Shown piece after piece: positions 1 to 9,066 of a DNA stretch of 64,000 bases. Every line of letters begins with the position of its first letter. The first letter of the stretch is position 1. Source of the stretch: Vulcanimicrobiota bacterium (GTDB lineage Bacteria > Vulcanimicrobiota > Vulcanimicrobiia > Vulcanimicrobiales > Vulcanimicrobiaceae); assembly GCA_963795465.1 (NCBI GenBank), contig CAWCHT010000002.1, forward strand, positions 405,178 through 469,177, in the 5' to 3' direction. The position numbers and the translations under genes are program-made. The notes beneath the pieces were generated by a model. The model was not told where the DNA came from and made no database searches. It saw only the letters and a list, made by a program, of their open reading frames with translations.

Positions 1-511
1 CGGGCGAAAACCCGCCGAAAATCACCGAATGCGGCGCGCCGATACGCGCGCAGGCAAGCATCGCAACCGGCAACTCGGGGATCATCGGCATGTAAATGGC
101 GACGCGATCGCCTTTTTTTATGCCCAGTTTGCGCAGGCCGCCGGCAAACCGGCAAACGTCGTCGAGCAGCTGCTGATACGTGATGGTCCAACGATCGCCC
201 GGCTCGCCTTCAAAATAGTATGCGATTTTGCTGCCCTTTCCGGCAGCGACGTGACGGTCCAGGCAATTGACGGCAACGTTGAGTTCGCCGTCATAAAACC
301 ATCGCGCGAACGGCTCTTCCCACTGCAGCGTTTGCGTGAACGGTTTCATCCACTCGAGCTTGCGCGCCCATGAAGCCCAGAATTCCAAGTAGTCCGCCTC
401 CGCCGCTTGGTAAATGCCGGGCTGTGCGTTTGCCCGAGCTGCGAACTGAGGCGGCGGATCGAAGCGGCGGCTTTCCTGCGCGAGCGCTTCAATCGATTCG
501 GCGGTCTTCAT
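1..511 (-). CDS. acs: acetyl-CoA synthetase (AMP-forming), N-terminal part. The 3' end lies beyond the window start.
   Basis: Reverse translation from the ATG at 511-509 reads [20 protein letters not shown]...[39 protein letters not shown], the canonical Acs N-terminal/AMP-binding region. It is open to position 1, so it is absent from the ORF track. Confidence 0.85.
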   Translation of the reverse strand, partial: MKTAESIEALAQESRRFDPPPQFAARANAQPGIYQAAEADYLEFWASWARKLEWMKPFTQTLQWEEPFARWFYDGELNVAVNCLDRHVAAGKGSKIAYYFEGEPGDRWTITYQQLLDDVCRFAGGLRKLGIKKGDRVAIYMPMIPELPVAMLACARIGAPHSVIFGGFSP

Positions 512-539
512 GCGCGCGACTTACCGGGAACCGGCGCGC

Positions 540-1030
540 ATGCCTGCCGAAAAGATACGCGTGAACCTCTGGGCGGCGATGCTGCTTTCCTTGCTGACTG
601 CAACGGGTCTGGCGACGGTGCGTTTCGGCGCTCCTCCGCCGGATTTCAACGTGCCGACGCGTCAAGGAAGCGAGCAGCTTCCGCCCTACGCGGCAAGCCC
701 GTCGTCATCAACTTCTGGGCATCCTGGTGTCCGCCGTGCACCACCGAATTGCCGCTTTTCGAGCGGCTCGCCGCCCAATACGGCGATCGCGTAGCCATCG
801 TCACAGTCGATTGGAACGAAGATCCGGACACCGCTTTGCGGTATTTGCACGCGCAGCATTTGAATTTGCCGGTGGTAAGCGACCGGCAGAGCAAAATCTA
901 TTCGGCGTACTCGCTGAGCGAAGTGCCGGACACAATCGTACTCGACAGCGAGGGCAATGTACGATATGTATCCGTCGGGGGGCTCTCTTGGTCCGAGCTG
1001 CAAGCCGCCGTCGACCGGGTTCTGCAGTAA
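540..1030 (+). pseudogene. TlpA/ResA-like thiol:disulfide oxidoreductase, apparently frameshifted (pseudogene or assembly indel)
   Basis: The signal peptide and PPDFNVPTRQGSEQL lie in the frame of ORF 510..794 (ATG at 540). ALRGKPVVINFWASWCPPC and the rest of the thioredoxin fold lie in the frame of ORF 407..1030. The junction is near 675-690. The span is 491 nt, so it is not divisible by 3. Confidence 0.7.
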
Positions 1031-1034
1031 AGTC

Positions 1035-1061
1035 TTGGCACTCCGGCGCCGAGATTGCTAA
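1035..1061. promoter_or_regulatory. CIRCE operator (HrcA-binding inverted repeat)
   Basis: The sequence is TTGGCACTC-N9-GATTGCTAA. The consensus is TTAGCACTC-N9-GAGTGCTAA, so there is one mismatch per arm. It lies about 10 nt upstream of the hrcA ATG. Confidence 0.75.
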
Positions 1062-1070
1062 GATAGGCGT

Positions 1071-2141
1071 ATGAACACGGGGGAAAGCGCGGGCGGCGGC
1101 CAAGCGGGCGAGCTCGATAAGCGCAAGGCTTACATTTTGGCGACGGTCGTGTACGAATACATTGCGACCGCCGAACCCGTCGCATCCCAAACGCTCACGC
1201 AGAAGTACCATCTCGGCGTAAGCTCCGCCACGGTGCGCAACGAGATGGCGGAGTTGGAAGCCGCCGGATATTTGGTGCAGCCGCACACGTCGGCCGGACG
1301 CATTCCGTCGGATGCCGGTTATCGCACGTATGTCGATCATCTCATGCGTCCGGAACGCTTGGAAGCCGACGACCGCCGCCGCATACGCGACGAGCTCAAA
1401 GACGCCAGCCGTGAACTGGATGAAATCATCGAGGGAACGACGCGGCTGCTGGGACGCCTTTCGAAGAATTTGGCATTCGTTACCAAACCGGCGTCGGAAA
1501 CGACAACCTTCAGGCATTTGCAACTGATATGGCTTTCCGCGCGGACCGGCGTCGCGATTGTCGTCACCTCGCTCGGCGTATCTGCGCAGTCGATGTTCGA
1601 GCTCAGCGCGGATGTGACGCCGGACGATCTCACGCGTCTTTCGAGCGCGCTCAACGCGCGTCTGGGCAATCGCGTTTTGCGCGACGTAACCGACGGCGAC
1701 GTGGCCGCCACGACCGCTCAACTCGGACTTCACGACGATCTGAAGAATGCAGTGGTCGCGGCTTTACGAAACGTGCGTTCGCACGAACAGCAAACGCTTA
1801 CCGCGTCGGGCGCGCAAAATTTACTCGATCAGCCCGAATTCCACGACCTGCGCAAGCTGCGCTCGATCTTGCAAATCGTCGAAGAGCAAAAGACGTTGTA
1901 CGATTTGGTTGCCGACTCCATCAACGCCGAATCGGCGGCCGCGATGATCGGACACGAACTCGGGGTGGAAGAACTGACGGATTTCAGCATCGTCACCGTA
2001 CCGTACCGTTTCGGGCAGCATGCCATCGGAATGCTTTCGATCCTAGGCCCGCGCCGTATGCCCTACGGCCGGTTGATGGCGCTTGCCTCGGGAACCGCCG
2101 AAACGCTTTCGCAGCGACTTTCCGACGTAGAGATCAAGTAA
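1071..2141 (+). CDS. hrcA: heat-inducible transcription repressor HrcA
   Basis: 356 aa. It has an N-terminal winged-helix region, VASQTLTQKYHLGVSSATVRNEMAELEAAGYLVQPHTSAGRIPSDAGYRTYVDHLM, and is preceded by CIRCE. Confidence 0.92.
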   Translation: MNTGESAGGGQAGELDKRKAYILATVVYEYIATAEPVASQTLTQKYHLGVSSATVRNEMAELEAAGYLVQPHTSAGRIPSDAGYRTYVDHLMRPERLEADDRRRIRDELKDASRELDEIIEGTTRLLGRLSKNLAFVTKPASETTTFRHLQLIWLSARTGVAIVVTSLGVSAQSMFELSADVTPDDLTRLSSALNARLGNRVLRDVTDGDVAATTAQLGLHDDLKNAVVAALRNVRSHEQQTLTASGAQNLLDQPEFHDLRKLRSILQIVEEQKTLYDLVADSINAESAAAMIGHELGVEELTDFSIVTVPYRFGQHAIGMLSILGPRRMPYGRLMALASGTAETLSQRLSDVEIK

Positions 2142-2150
2142 CCGCAGCAG

Positions 2151-3296
2151 ATGCCGACCAAAGATTTTTACGAAGTGCTCGGCGTGAGCCGGAGCGCAAA
2201 CGCTGAAGATATCAAGCGCGCGTATCGCACGCTGGCGCGCACGCACCATCCGGACGTCTCCGAAAACAAAGCCGAAGCCGAACATCGCTTCAAGGAGATC
2301 AACGAAGCGTACGAGGTGCTTTCCGATCCGCAAAAGCGCGCGCAATACGATCGCTTCGGCACCGTGCCGGGCAGTTCCAACGGCGCGGGAGGCTTCGGCG
2401 ATTTCGGCTTCAGCCAGGGGTTCGGCGGCGGCGGCTTCGGCGATATTTTCGATATTTTCTTCGGCGACCGCGCCGGCGGTGCCCAAACGCAAGCGCGCCG
2501 CAACGGTCCCGCGCGCGGTTCGGATCTGCGCTACGATCTCGAAATCACGCTCGAAGAAGCGTTCGCCGGAACGACGCGCGATATTCATTTCAATCATTTG
2601 GCGCAGTGCGAGTCTTGTCATGGCTCCGGAGCGGCGCAAGGCACGCTGGTCGTGCCGTGCGAGCGGTGCAGCGGAAGCGGCGTCATGCGCATGGTTCGGC
2701 AGACACCGCTGGGACAGTTCGTAACGCAATCCACGTGCACGCAATGCGGCGGCGAAGGACAAGTCATCCGCCATCCGTGTCCAACGTGCAATGGCCGCGG
2801 ACGGCGCGAAATCGAACGTAATCTCTCGGTGAAAGTTCCCGCCGGCGTGGACGACGGCAGCCGCATCCGCATTACGGGCAACGGTGAGGCGGGCATACGC
2901 GGCGGTCCGGCCGGCGATCTCTACGTTTACTTGAGCGTTGCTGCGCATGCGTTGTTCCGCCGCGACGGCGTCGACACGTATGTCGACGTTCCGATCAGCT
3001 TTCCGCAGGCCGCACTGGGCGGTCAAGTCGATGTTCCTTCGCTCGAGGGTGAATTGCCGCTTACGATCGGCGCGGGAACGCAGAGCGGCACGACGTTTCG
3101 CATGCGCAGCCACGGCATGCCGTCGGTTCGCGGTGCGCAGCGCGGCGATCACGTCGTCCGCGTTCACGTCATGGTGCCTTCGAAAGTGAACAAGCGCCAG
3201 CGCGAATTACTCGAAGAGTACGCACGCACCGGCGGCGATCGCGTTGAAGAACGATCGTTTTTCGATAAGGTGAAGGACGCGTTCAAGCCTGAATAG
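2151..3296 (+). CDS. dnaJ: molecular chaperone DnaJ
   Basis: J domain ([31 protein letters not shown]), a G/F-rich linker and four CxxCxGxG zinc-finger repeats. Confidence 0.95.
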   Translation: MPTKDFYEVLGVSRSANAEDIKRAYRTLARTHHPDVSENKAEAEHRFKEINEAYEVLSDPQKRAQYDRFGTVPGSSNGAGGFGDFGFSQGFGGGGFGDIFDIFFGDRAGGAQTQARRNGPARGSDLRYDLEITLEEAFAGTTRDIHFNHLAQCESCHGSGAAQGTLVVPCERCSGSGVMRMVRQTPLGQFVTQSTCTQCGGEGQVIRHPCPTCNGRGRREIERNLSVKVPAGVDDGSRIRITGNGEAGIRGGPAGDLYVYLSVAAHALFRRDGVDTYVDVPISFPQAALGGQVDVPSLEGELPLTIGAGTQSGTTFRMRSHGMPSVRGAQRGDHVVRVHVMVPSKVNKRQRELLEEYARTGGDRVEERSFFDKVKDAFKPE

Positions 3297-3333
3297 GTTT
3301 TTTATCGAAGGACGTCACAAGGCCGGCGATCGC

Positions 3334-4011
3334 GTGCCGTTTGACCGCAGTGATGCGCATAAACTCAAACGGGTGCTTCGCCTGCGCCAAGGCGATTGCA
3401 TCGAAGTAATCGATTCCGGCGGCTCGCGGTTTTGTGCGTCGCTGCAAATGGACGGTCCGAACGTCGGCGCTACGCTCACGGGCGCGCTTTCGAGCAGCCA
3501 AAGCGCGTTTCCGAACGTAACCGTTGCGCAGGCCATACCCAAGGGTCAAAAAATGGATTTCGTGGTCGAGAAGCTTACGGAATTGGGTGCTGCGCGTATC
3601 GTTCCGTTGCTCTCGCAACGCGTCGTCGCCGCTGCAAGCGGCGCCAACAAACGCGATCGCTGGCGTCGACTGGCAAAGACCGCAGCCCAGCAATGCGGGC
3701 GTGCGGATATTCCGCAAATCGATGAACCGGTTCCCTACGATCGCCTCCTTCAGGCGTTCGGGCAGTACGACTGCGTGCTCTTCCCATGGGAACTTTGCGA
3801 TGGGCCGCCTCTTCGGCAAAGCCTGCCGCCGTTGCTCGAACGCGCGAACACCGTATTGGTGGCGATCGGACCGGAGGGCGGCTTTACGCATGCGGAGGCC
3901 GATGCCGCGCGAACGGCGGGTGCGCATGTCGTTTCCCTGGGTCGGCGCATCTTTCGCACGGAAACCGCAGCGTTGGTTGTTCTGGCGATCATCGGGTATA
4001 TTTCGGGCTGA
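3334..4011 (+). CDS. rsmE: 16S rRNA (uracil1498-N3)-methyltransferase RsmE. The true start is probably upstream (CTG at 3289).
   Basis: The C-terminal SPOUT motif is VLVAIGPEGGFTHAEADAARTAGAHVVSLGRRIFRTETAAL. The conserved N-terminal xRFF(I/V) motif (LNRFFIEG) lies upstream of the first canonical start, in frame from CTG 3289. Confidence 0.85.
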   Translation: MPFDRSDAHKLKRVLRLRQGDCIEVIDSGGSRFCASLQMDGPNVGATLTGALSSSQSAFPNVTVAQAIPKGQKMDFVVEKLTELGAARIVPLLSQRVVAAASGANKRDRWRRLAKTAAQQCGRADIPQIDEPVPYDRLLQAFGQYDCVLFPWELCDGPPLRQSLPPLLERANTVLVAIGPEGGFTHAEADAARTAGAHVVSLGRRIFRTETAALVVLAIIGYISG

Positions 4012-4289
4012 TGTCGAAGTTGCTTGCGGACCTGCCTGCGGGAACTCCGGTTCGCGCCAACGACGGGACGGATATCGGCGAAGTGCGCGCGGTGTACGGC
4101 TCGGGAGAAGCACGGGTTGCGGAGTTTCTTTTGGTATTTTGGCGTAAGCGCGGCGAAGAAGCCCTCGTAGCGGCAGACGAAGTCGAAAGCGTCGGCACCC
4201 AAGGCGTGACGCTGAGCCGAAGTGAAGGCATTTACGACGATCTGCCCGCCTTCGAACCTTCGGTCAATCCGATGCTCCACCGCCTATAA
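4011..4289 (+). CDS. hypothetical protein (possibly PRC-barrel/DUF2171-like)
   Basis: The ATG overlaps the rsmE stop (cTGATG). 92 aa, MSKLLADLPAGTPVRANDGTDIGEVRAVY... The functional call is only a weak resemblance. Confidence 0.5.
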   Translation: MSKLLADLPAGTPVRANDGTDIGEVRAVYGSGEARVAEFLLVFWRKRGEEALVAADEVESVGTQGVTLSRSEGIYDDLPAFEPSVNPMLHRL

Positions 4290-4353
4290 ACGCCGCTCGA
4301 GCGGCTTTTTCAAAAGACCCCGCAGCGCCGGCGTCGTATACAGCCGGATCGGC

Positions 4354-5077
4354 ATGAGCACGTTGAAGTTTTCGATCGTCATTCCGACGTATAACGAGGC
4401 GGGCGGCATCGAACGCTTAATCCGTGCACTCGGCGACGTTTTCACGCGCAACGAGCTCGACGGCGAAATGATCGTCGTCGACGACAATTCGCCCGACGGC
4501 ACCGGATCGATCGTCGATGGCTTGAGCGCCGAATTTCCCGTGCGCTGCCTGCATCGTCCCGGTAAACTCGGCCTTTCCAGCGGTGTGATTGAAGGCTGGA
4601 AATTTGCGCGTCCCGATTCGCAGGCGCTGGGAGCGATGGACGCGGACTTCAGCCACGACATCAACATCCTACCCAAGATGGTACAAGCGTTGGAAGACGG
4701 CTATGGTCTGGCAGTGGGAAGCCGGTACGTGCGCGGCGGCGGAATTACGAATTGGCCTTGGAGACGCGTGGTGACCTCGAAAGTTGCGTGCCTGCTCGCG
4801 CAGCCGCTGACCCGAATCAAAGACATTACCAGCGGCTATCTGCTGGTGCGCCGGGATGCGATCGAAGGCGTGGAACTGGATCCGATCGGCTTCAAAATCG
4901 GTTTGGAAGTCATCGCCAAAGGACACTACGGTAAAGCGCTCGAGGTGCCGTACGTGTTCACGGACCGCGTTGCGGGCGAATCGAAGCTGAACGAAAGAGA
5001 TCTTCAATTACCTCAAGCAACTGCGCAAATTGTACGCGGCTCGATTTTTGCCCCGCGCGCAGAAGGCTGCCGGCTGA
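4354..5077 (+). pseudogene. GT2 polyprenol-phosphate mannosyl/glucosyltransferase (DPM1-like), frameshifted near 4996
   Basis: The sequence runs FSIVIPTYNEAGGIE...VVDDNSPDGT...DADFSH...GESKLN. The conserved C-terminus EIFNYLKQLRKLYAARFLPRAQKAAG* is in the +1 frame and ends at TGA 5075-5077. The span is 724 nt (3n+1). Confidence 0.8.
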
Positions 5078-5085
5078 ACGTGCCG

Positions 5086-5943
5086 ATGCCGGATTGGCTG
5101 CGCAGCCGCCGCAGCAAGCCCGAACAAAACGGCGAGGCCGCGCAGTGGAGCAAATGCCCGAAGTGCGGCGAGTTGCTCTACCGGCCCGATTTGGCGGCGA
5201 ACCTGTGGGTTTGCCCGCGCTGCAGCCATCATTTTCGGATAAGCGCTCACGACCGGATCAGCTCGTTGATCGACGGTGATTTCACCGAAATCGGCAACCA
5301 CGTTTTGCCGGGCGATCCGCTCAAGTGGGTCGACAAGAAGAGCTATGCGTCCAAACTGGAAGCGGATCGCGAAAAATCGCAATTGAGCGAAGGCGTCGTG
5401 TGCGGCTTCGGGCAAATCGGCGGATTCGACGTTGCCGTCGGCGTAATGGATTTTCATTTTCGCGGCGGAACGATGGGCACGGTCGTCGGCGAACGACTGA
5501 CGCTGCTGCTCGAAGAGGCGCGCGCACGCGCTATTCCGTGCATCATCTTCACCGCGAGCGGAGGAGCGCGGATGGAAGAAGGCATGCTCGCGCTCATGCA
5601 GATGGCGAAAACGACCGCCGCCGTCGCGCGCTTCATGCAAGAGCGCAACGCCTTCATCACGGTGTTGACCGATCCGACGACCGGCGGCGTTTCGGCGTCG
5701 TTTGCATTTCAGTCGGACATTATTTTAGCCGAACCCAAGGCGATGATTGGATTTGCGGGCCGCCGCGTCATCGAACAAACGATCCGCCAGAAGTTGCCCG
5801 ATCAGTTTCAAACGGCGGAATTTCTGCTTGAAAAAGGGCATATCGACATGGTGGTCGAGCGCGCGCAGCTCAAGGCAACGCTGGCGCGGCTGCTCGATTA
5901 CGCTGCTCAGGGCCGCCGGCGCATGGAGCGTTCTCCCGCGTGA
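5086..5943 (+). CDS. accD: acetyl-CoA carboxylase carboxyltransferase subunit beta
   Basis: Zinc ribbon CPKCGELLYRPDLAANLWVCPRCSHHFRISA, then the CT domain FRGGTMGTVVGE...ASGGARMEEG. The alternative GTG start at 5080 is also possible. In the ORF track this gene is fused to the upstream GT2 only through that gene's frameshift. Confidence 0.9.
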   Translation: MPDWLRSRRSKPEQNGEAAQWSKCPKCGELLYRPDLAANLWVCPRCSHHFRISAHDRISSLIDGDFTEIGNHVLPGDPLKWVDKKSYASKLEADREKSQLSEGVVCGFGQIGGFDVAVGVMDFHFRGGTMGTVVGERLTLLLEEARARAIPCIIFTASGGARMEEGMLALMQMAKTTAAVARFMQERNAFITVLTDPTTGGVSASFAFQSDIILAEPKAMIGFAGRRVIEQTIRQKLPDQFQTAEFLLEKGHIDMVVERAQLKATLARLLDYAAQGRRRMERSPA

Positions 5944-6935
5944 ATCTGATCGTCGAGCGTGAAAAGGGATTACTCGAACTGGAGCGGCGGATCGCGGAGC
6001 TGCGCGAGGCCAATGCGCAGCAGCCCGTCGACATGTCCGCCGAGATCCGCGCGCTCGAACAAAAATACGGTGAAATCCAGCGCGAAATCTTCGGTTCGCT
6101 GACCCCGTGGGAAAAAGTCCACATGGCGCGGCATCCCAATCGGCCGACGGCTGCGGAATACATCGCCGAATTCGCGCAATTCGACGAACTGCACGGCGAC
6201 CGCCGCTTTCGGGACGATCAAGCGATCGTCGCCGGTTTGGCGAAGCTCGGCGAGCGCGCGGTCATGGTGATAGGCGAGCAGCGCGGACGCGACACCAAAG
6301 AGAACGTGCGGCGGAATTTTGGAATGCCGTCACCCGAAGGATATCGTAAAGTTCAGCGCCTGGCGCACCTCGCGGCGCGCATGGCCATTCCTATCGTCAC
6401 GTTCGTGGATACCAAAGGCGCGGATCCGTCAGCCGGCTCAGAGGAGCGCGCGCAATCCGAAGCGATTGCCGCGTGTTTGTACGAGTTCACGATAGCGCCC
6501 GTACCAATCGTTGCTACGGTGATCGGCGAGGGCGGCAGCGGCGGCGCGCTGGCCTTGAGCATCGCCGATCGCATCATCATGCTCGAGCATAGTTATTATT
6601 CGGTGGCCAGTCCCGAGGGGTGCGCCGCCATTTTATGGAGCGATGCATCCAAAGCCGAAGAGGCGGCCGAGCATCTGAAGCTCACGGCTCAGGATCTGCA
6701 CCGCTTCGCCATCGTCGACGAGATCGTGCCCGAACCGCTCGGCGGCGCGCATCGCGATTCGGCGGGAACGATCGCTCGGGTGCTGAACGCTATAGAGACG
6801 GCGCTTGCGGAACTTTCGGCGGCGCCGTCCGACCGATTGACGGAGGCGCGGTATCGCAAATATCGGCGGATAGGATCGTGGCAAGCGCAGACGCAGCCGC
6901 CATCGGCTCACGTCGCGTTGCCGGAGCATATCTAA
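5940..6935 (+). CDS. accA: acetyl-CoA carboxylase carboxyltransferase subunit alpha
   Basis: Motifs are LTPWEKVHMARHPNRPTAAEYI...GEGGSGGALAL. The GTG start overlaps the accD stop (GTGA). Confidence 0.93.
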   Translation: MNLIVEREKGLLELERRIAELREANAQQPVDMSAEIRALEQKYGEIQREIFGSLTPWEKVHMARHPNRPTAAEYIAEFAQFDELHGDRRFRDDQAIVAGLAKLGERAVMVIGEQRGRDTKENVRRNFGMPSPEGYRKVQRLAHLAARMAIPIVTFVDTKGADPSAGSEERAQSEAIAACLYEFTIAPVPIVATVIGEGGSGGALALSIADRIIMLEHSYYSVASPEGCAAILWSDASKAEEAAEHLKLTAQDLHRFAIVDEIVPEPLGGAHRDSAGTIARVLNAIETALAELSAAPSDRLTEARYRKYRRIGSWQAQTQPPSAHVALPEHI

Positions 6936-6936
6936 G

Positions 6937-7257
6937 GTGAAGCGGCGCAGCGGCGTACCGGCGATCGTGCGCCTCGCAAGCCGCATCTTATTCGCCCTCG
7001 GCGCGGCGGTCGTGCTGACGCTGGTTTCGATCCAATACGCGCGGATTATCAATCAAAATATCGCGATGGCGCGTTCGCTTTCGTCGATCCAGCGTGACGT
7101 GCGCACGTTGCGGCATCTTCGCGGGCAGGACGAGCGCGAGCTGCGTCGGTTGAGCAATCCCGTCGGCGCCATTCCCGAGATTCACGATCGCCTGCATATG
7201 GTGCGGTCGAACGAAGCGATTATCTATTTGAAACCGGCGAGTACGCCGCGTCCATGA
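6937..7257 (+). CDS. septum formation initiator family protein (FtsB/DivIC-like)
   Basis: One N-terminal TM helix, a coiled-coil segment, and the C-terminal pattern IHDRLHMVRSNEAIIYL typical of FtsB/DivIC. It is followed by an S1-domain gene, as in Bacillus divIC-yabR. Confidence 0.6.
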   Translation: MKRRSGVPAIVRLASRILFALGAAVVLTLVSIQYARIINQNIAMARSLSSIQRDVRTLRHLRGQDERELRRLSNPVGAIPEIHDRLHMVRSNEAIIYLKPASTPRP

Positions 7258-7616
7258 ATCTCACGCAGCGCGGTATCGTGATCAATATCAACGCGTACGG
7301 GGCGACGGTGCGATTGCAGGGCGGTCAACTGGCGAGCGCGCCGCTCCTGGATATCGAAAAGCATCGCGCCCTTTACGAACGCGCGCTCACCGGCCGCAAA
7401 ACGCTGGAATTCATGGTTCAAAGCGGCGGACGCCATCCGATGGTCATGGTTGCCCCGCAGATTCGCGATGAAGACTTTGAAGCGCAAATCGCCGGCTATC
7501 TGAAGATGACCGAAGAGTGGGAGAAACCGGATGCGCCGCCGGCGCACGAACGGCATTTCCTGCGCAAGAAGAAACGCGCCGCGCTCTTCGAGTCCCGTCA
7601 TTCCGCGGAGCGGTGA
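7254..7616 (+). CDS. S1 RNA-binding domain protein (YabR-like)
   Basis: S1/OB-like N-terminus GIVININAYGATVRLQGGQLASAPLLDI. It overlaps the previous stop (ATGA). Confidence 0.65.
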   Translation: MNLTQRGIVININAYGATVRLQGGQLASAPLLDIEKHRALYERALTGRKTLEFMVQSGGRHPMVMVAPQIRDEDFEAQIAGYLKMTEEWEKPDAPPAHERHFLRKKKRAALFESRHSAER

Positions 7617-8506
7617 TTCGCGCGGTCGTTTCGATCGGCACGAATTCCACCCGCGGCTTGGTCGTCGATTTTCAGAACCAGGAACGCATCGCCTACATGC
7701 GCTCCATCGGCACGCGCATCGGCGAGAATTTGAAAGATCGCGGTCATCTGGACGATGCGGCCATGGATCGGACGCTCGAGGCGGTGCGCGAGCACGCGCA
7801 GGCCGCCCGCGAATTCACCCACGATGTGCGCGCGATCGCGACCAGCGCGGTGCGCCGCGCCGATAATGCGCAGTTGTTCGCGCAGCGCGTAAGCGACGCC
7901 GTGGGCGCGCCGCTGGAGATTCTTTCCGGTGAGGAAGAAGCGCGGCGTTCCTTCATCGGCGCCGTCTCCGGAATTCCGGAAGACGAGGCAACGTTCGGCG
8001 TGCTCGATGTGGGCGGCGGAAGCAGCGAGTACGCGGTGGGCAAGTGGTCCGGACCGGAACGCATCGTGTCCTGTGAAATCGGCGCGGTTCGATTGACGGA
8101 GACGATCGAACAGCTGGCCGGGACGAACGGCCCGGTGCATCCAGAAACGCTTGCGTCGGCTGAGCGGCGCGCTCGGCAGGCAGTTTCGCCAATCGCAAAC
8201 TTTCCCGCCGCCGATCGTCTGGTTTTCGTCGGCGGGAGCGCGACGAACGCGGTGAGCATCGAACGCAAGTCGCGCGAACCTTTCACATACGCCCGCATTG
8301 AACGCGCTACGCTCGACGCTTTGATCGAACGCTTGGCGAGCGCCGGCCTCTGCGAGCGTAAGGCAATTGCCGGGATGAATCCGCAACGCGCGGATATCTT
8401 ACTTGCGGGTTTGGTGATTCTCGCCGCGGCCTGCGATTCCGCGGGACATCATTCGGCGCTGGTGTCGACGCGAGATTTGCTCATGGGAACGCTTCTCGAA
8501 CGCTAA
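7613..8506 (+). CDS. Ppx/GppA family phosphatase
   Basis: ASKHA-fold motifs: VSIGTNSTRGLV, SAVRRADNAQ, ILSGEEEARRSFIGA, LDVGGGSSEY. The GTG start at 7613 overlaps the previous stop. Confidence 0.85.
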   Translation: MIRAVVSIGTNSTRGLVVDFQNQERIAYMRSIGTRIGENLKDRGHLDDAAMDRTLEAVREHAQAAREFTHDVRAIATSAVRRADNAQLFAQRVSDAVGAPLEILSGEEEARRSFIGAVSGIPEDEATFGVLDVGGGSSEYAVGKWSGPERIVSCEIGAVRLTETIEQLAGTNGPVHPETLASAERRARQAVSPIANFPAADRLVFVGGSATNAVSIERKSREPFTYARIERATLDALIERLASAGLCERKAIAGMNPQRADILLAGLVILAAACDSAGHHSALVSTRDLLMGTLLER

Positions 8507-8541
8507 GCGGTGCGCGCAACCGTTGCGTAGAACAAGCGGCT

Positions 8542-9066
8542 ATGCCTGATGGAGAAGTGTATCGCTCCGTGTTGGATGCCCGGCGCGCCTGGAGCGACTA
8601 CTTGGACGCCTCGGAGGAAGACGAAGATGAAGTGTACGAGGCGTATTTGGAAGCCGCTTCCGAAGCCGTCCCGTTAGTCGGTGGACTGATCGAGTTATGC
8701 GTGGAGGCAAATTTGATTGCGATTTCGGCCCGGGATCGCGAAGAGCATTACGTCGACTTGGCCGGAACGAACGCTCGGGTGCACGCCGATGCGATTATTG
8801 AAATCGTCGGCGACATCGTGCTCGGTCACTCCGAAGAACTTCCCACGTTCGAACGTCGCGCCGTTCACAGTGACGACGACGAGACGCGGTTCAACCGAGC
8901 GCGTGAAATGTTCCGCGACATGAACCGGCCGAACGTGAGCCGCGCGGTGGAAGAGCTGCGAGGACTGCGCGACGAGTTGCTGCGCGCGGGTCAGGAAACC
9001 TACGCCGGGCGCCTCTCGCACGTGCTGTCTCTTTTGCAGATGTCGCCGCCGCGCCTAAGCGAGTGA
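8542..9066 (+). CDS. hypothetical acidic protein
   Basis: 174-aa ORF with coding-like composition and no motif that I recognise. Confidence 0.45.
   Translation: MPDGEVYRSVLDARRAWSDYLDASEEDEDEVYEAYLEAASEAVPLVGGLIELCVEANLIAISARDREEHYVDLAGTNARVHADAIIEIVGDIVLGHSEELPTFERRAVHSDDDETRFNRAREMFRDMNRPNVSRAVEELRGLRDELLRAGQETYAGRLSHVLSLLQMSPPRLSE

Noticed and set aside
801-1733. Long antisense ORFs throughout the track, for example 801..1733(-), 2043..3167(-), 14529..15878(+), 16072..17094(+), 21550..22629(+), 34026..35021(-) and 60118..61575(-).
   Set aside because: They are Arg/Ala/Pro/Ser-rich with no recognisable motifs. Each lies opposite or out of frame to a gene with clear family signatures. Such shadow ORFs are expected in high-G+C DNA.
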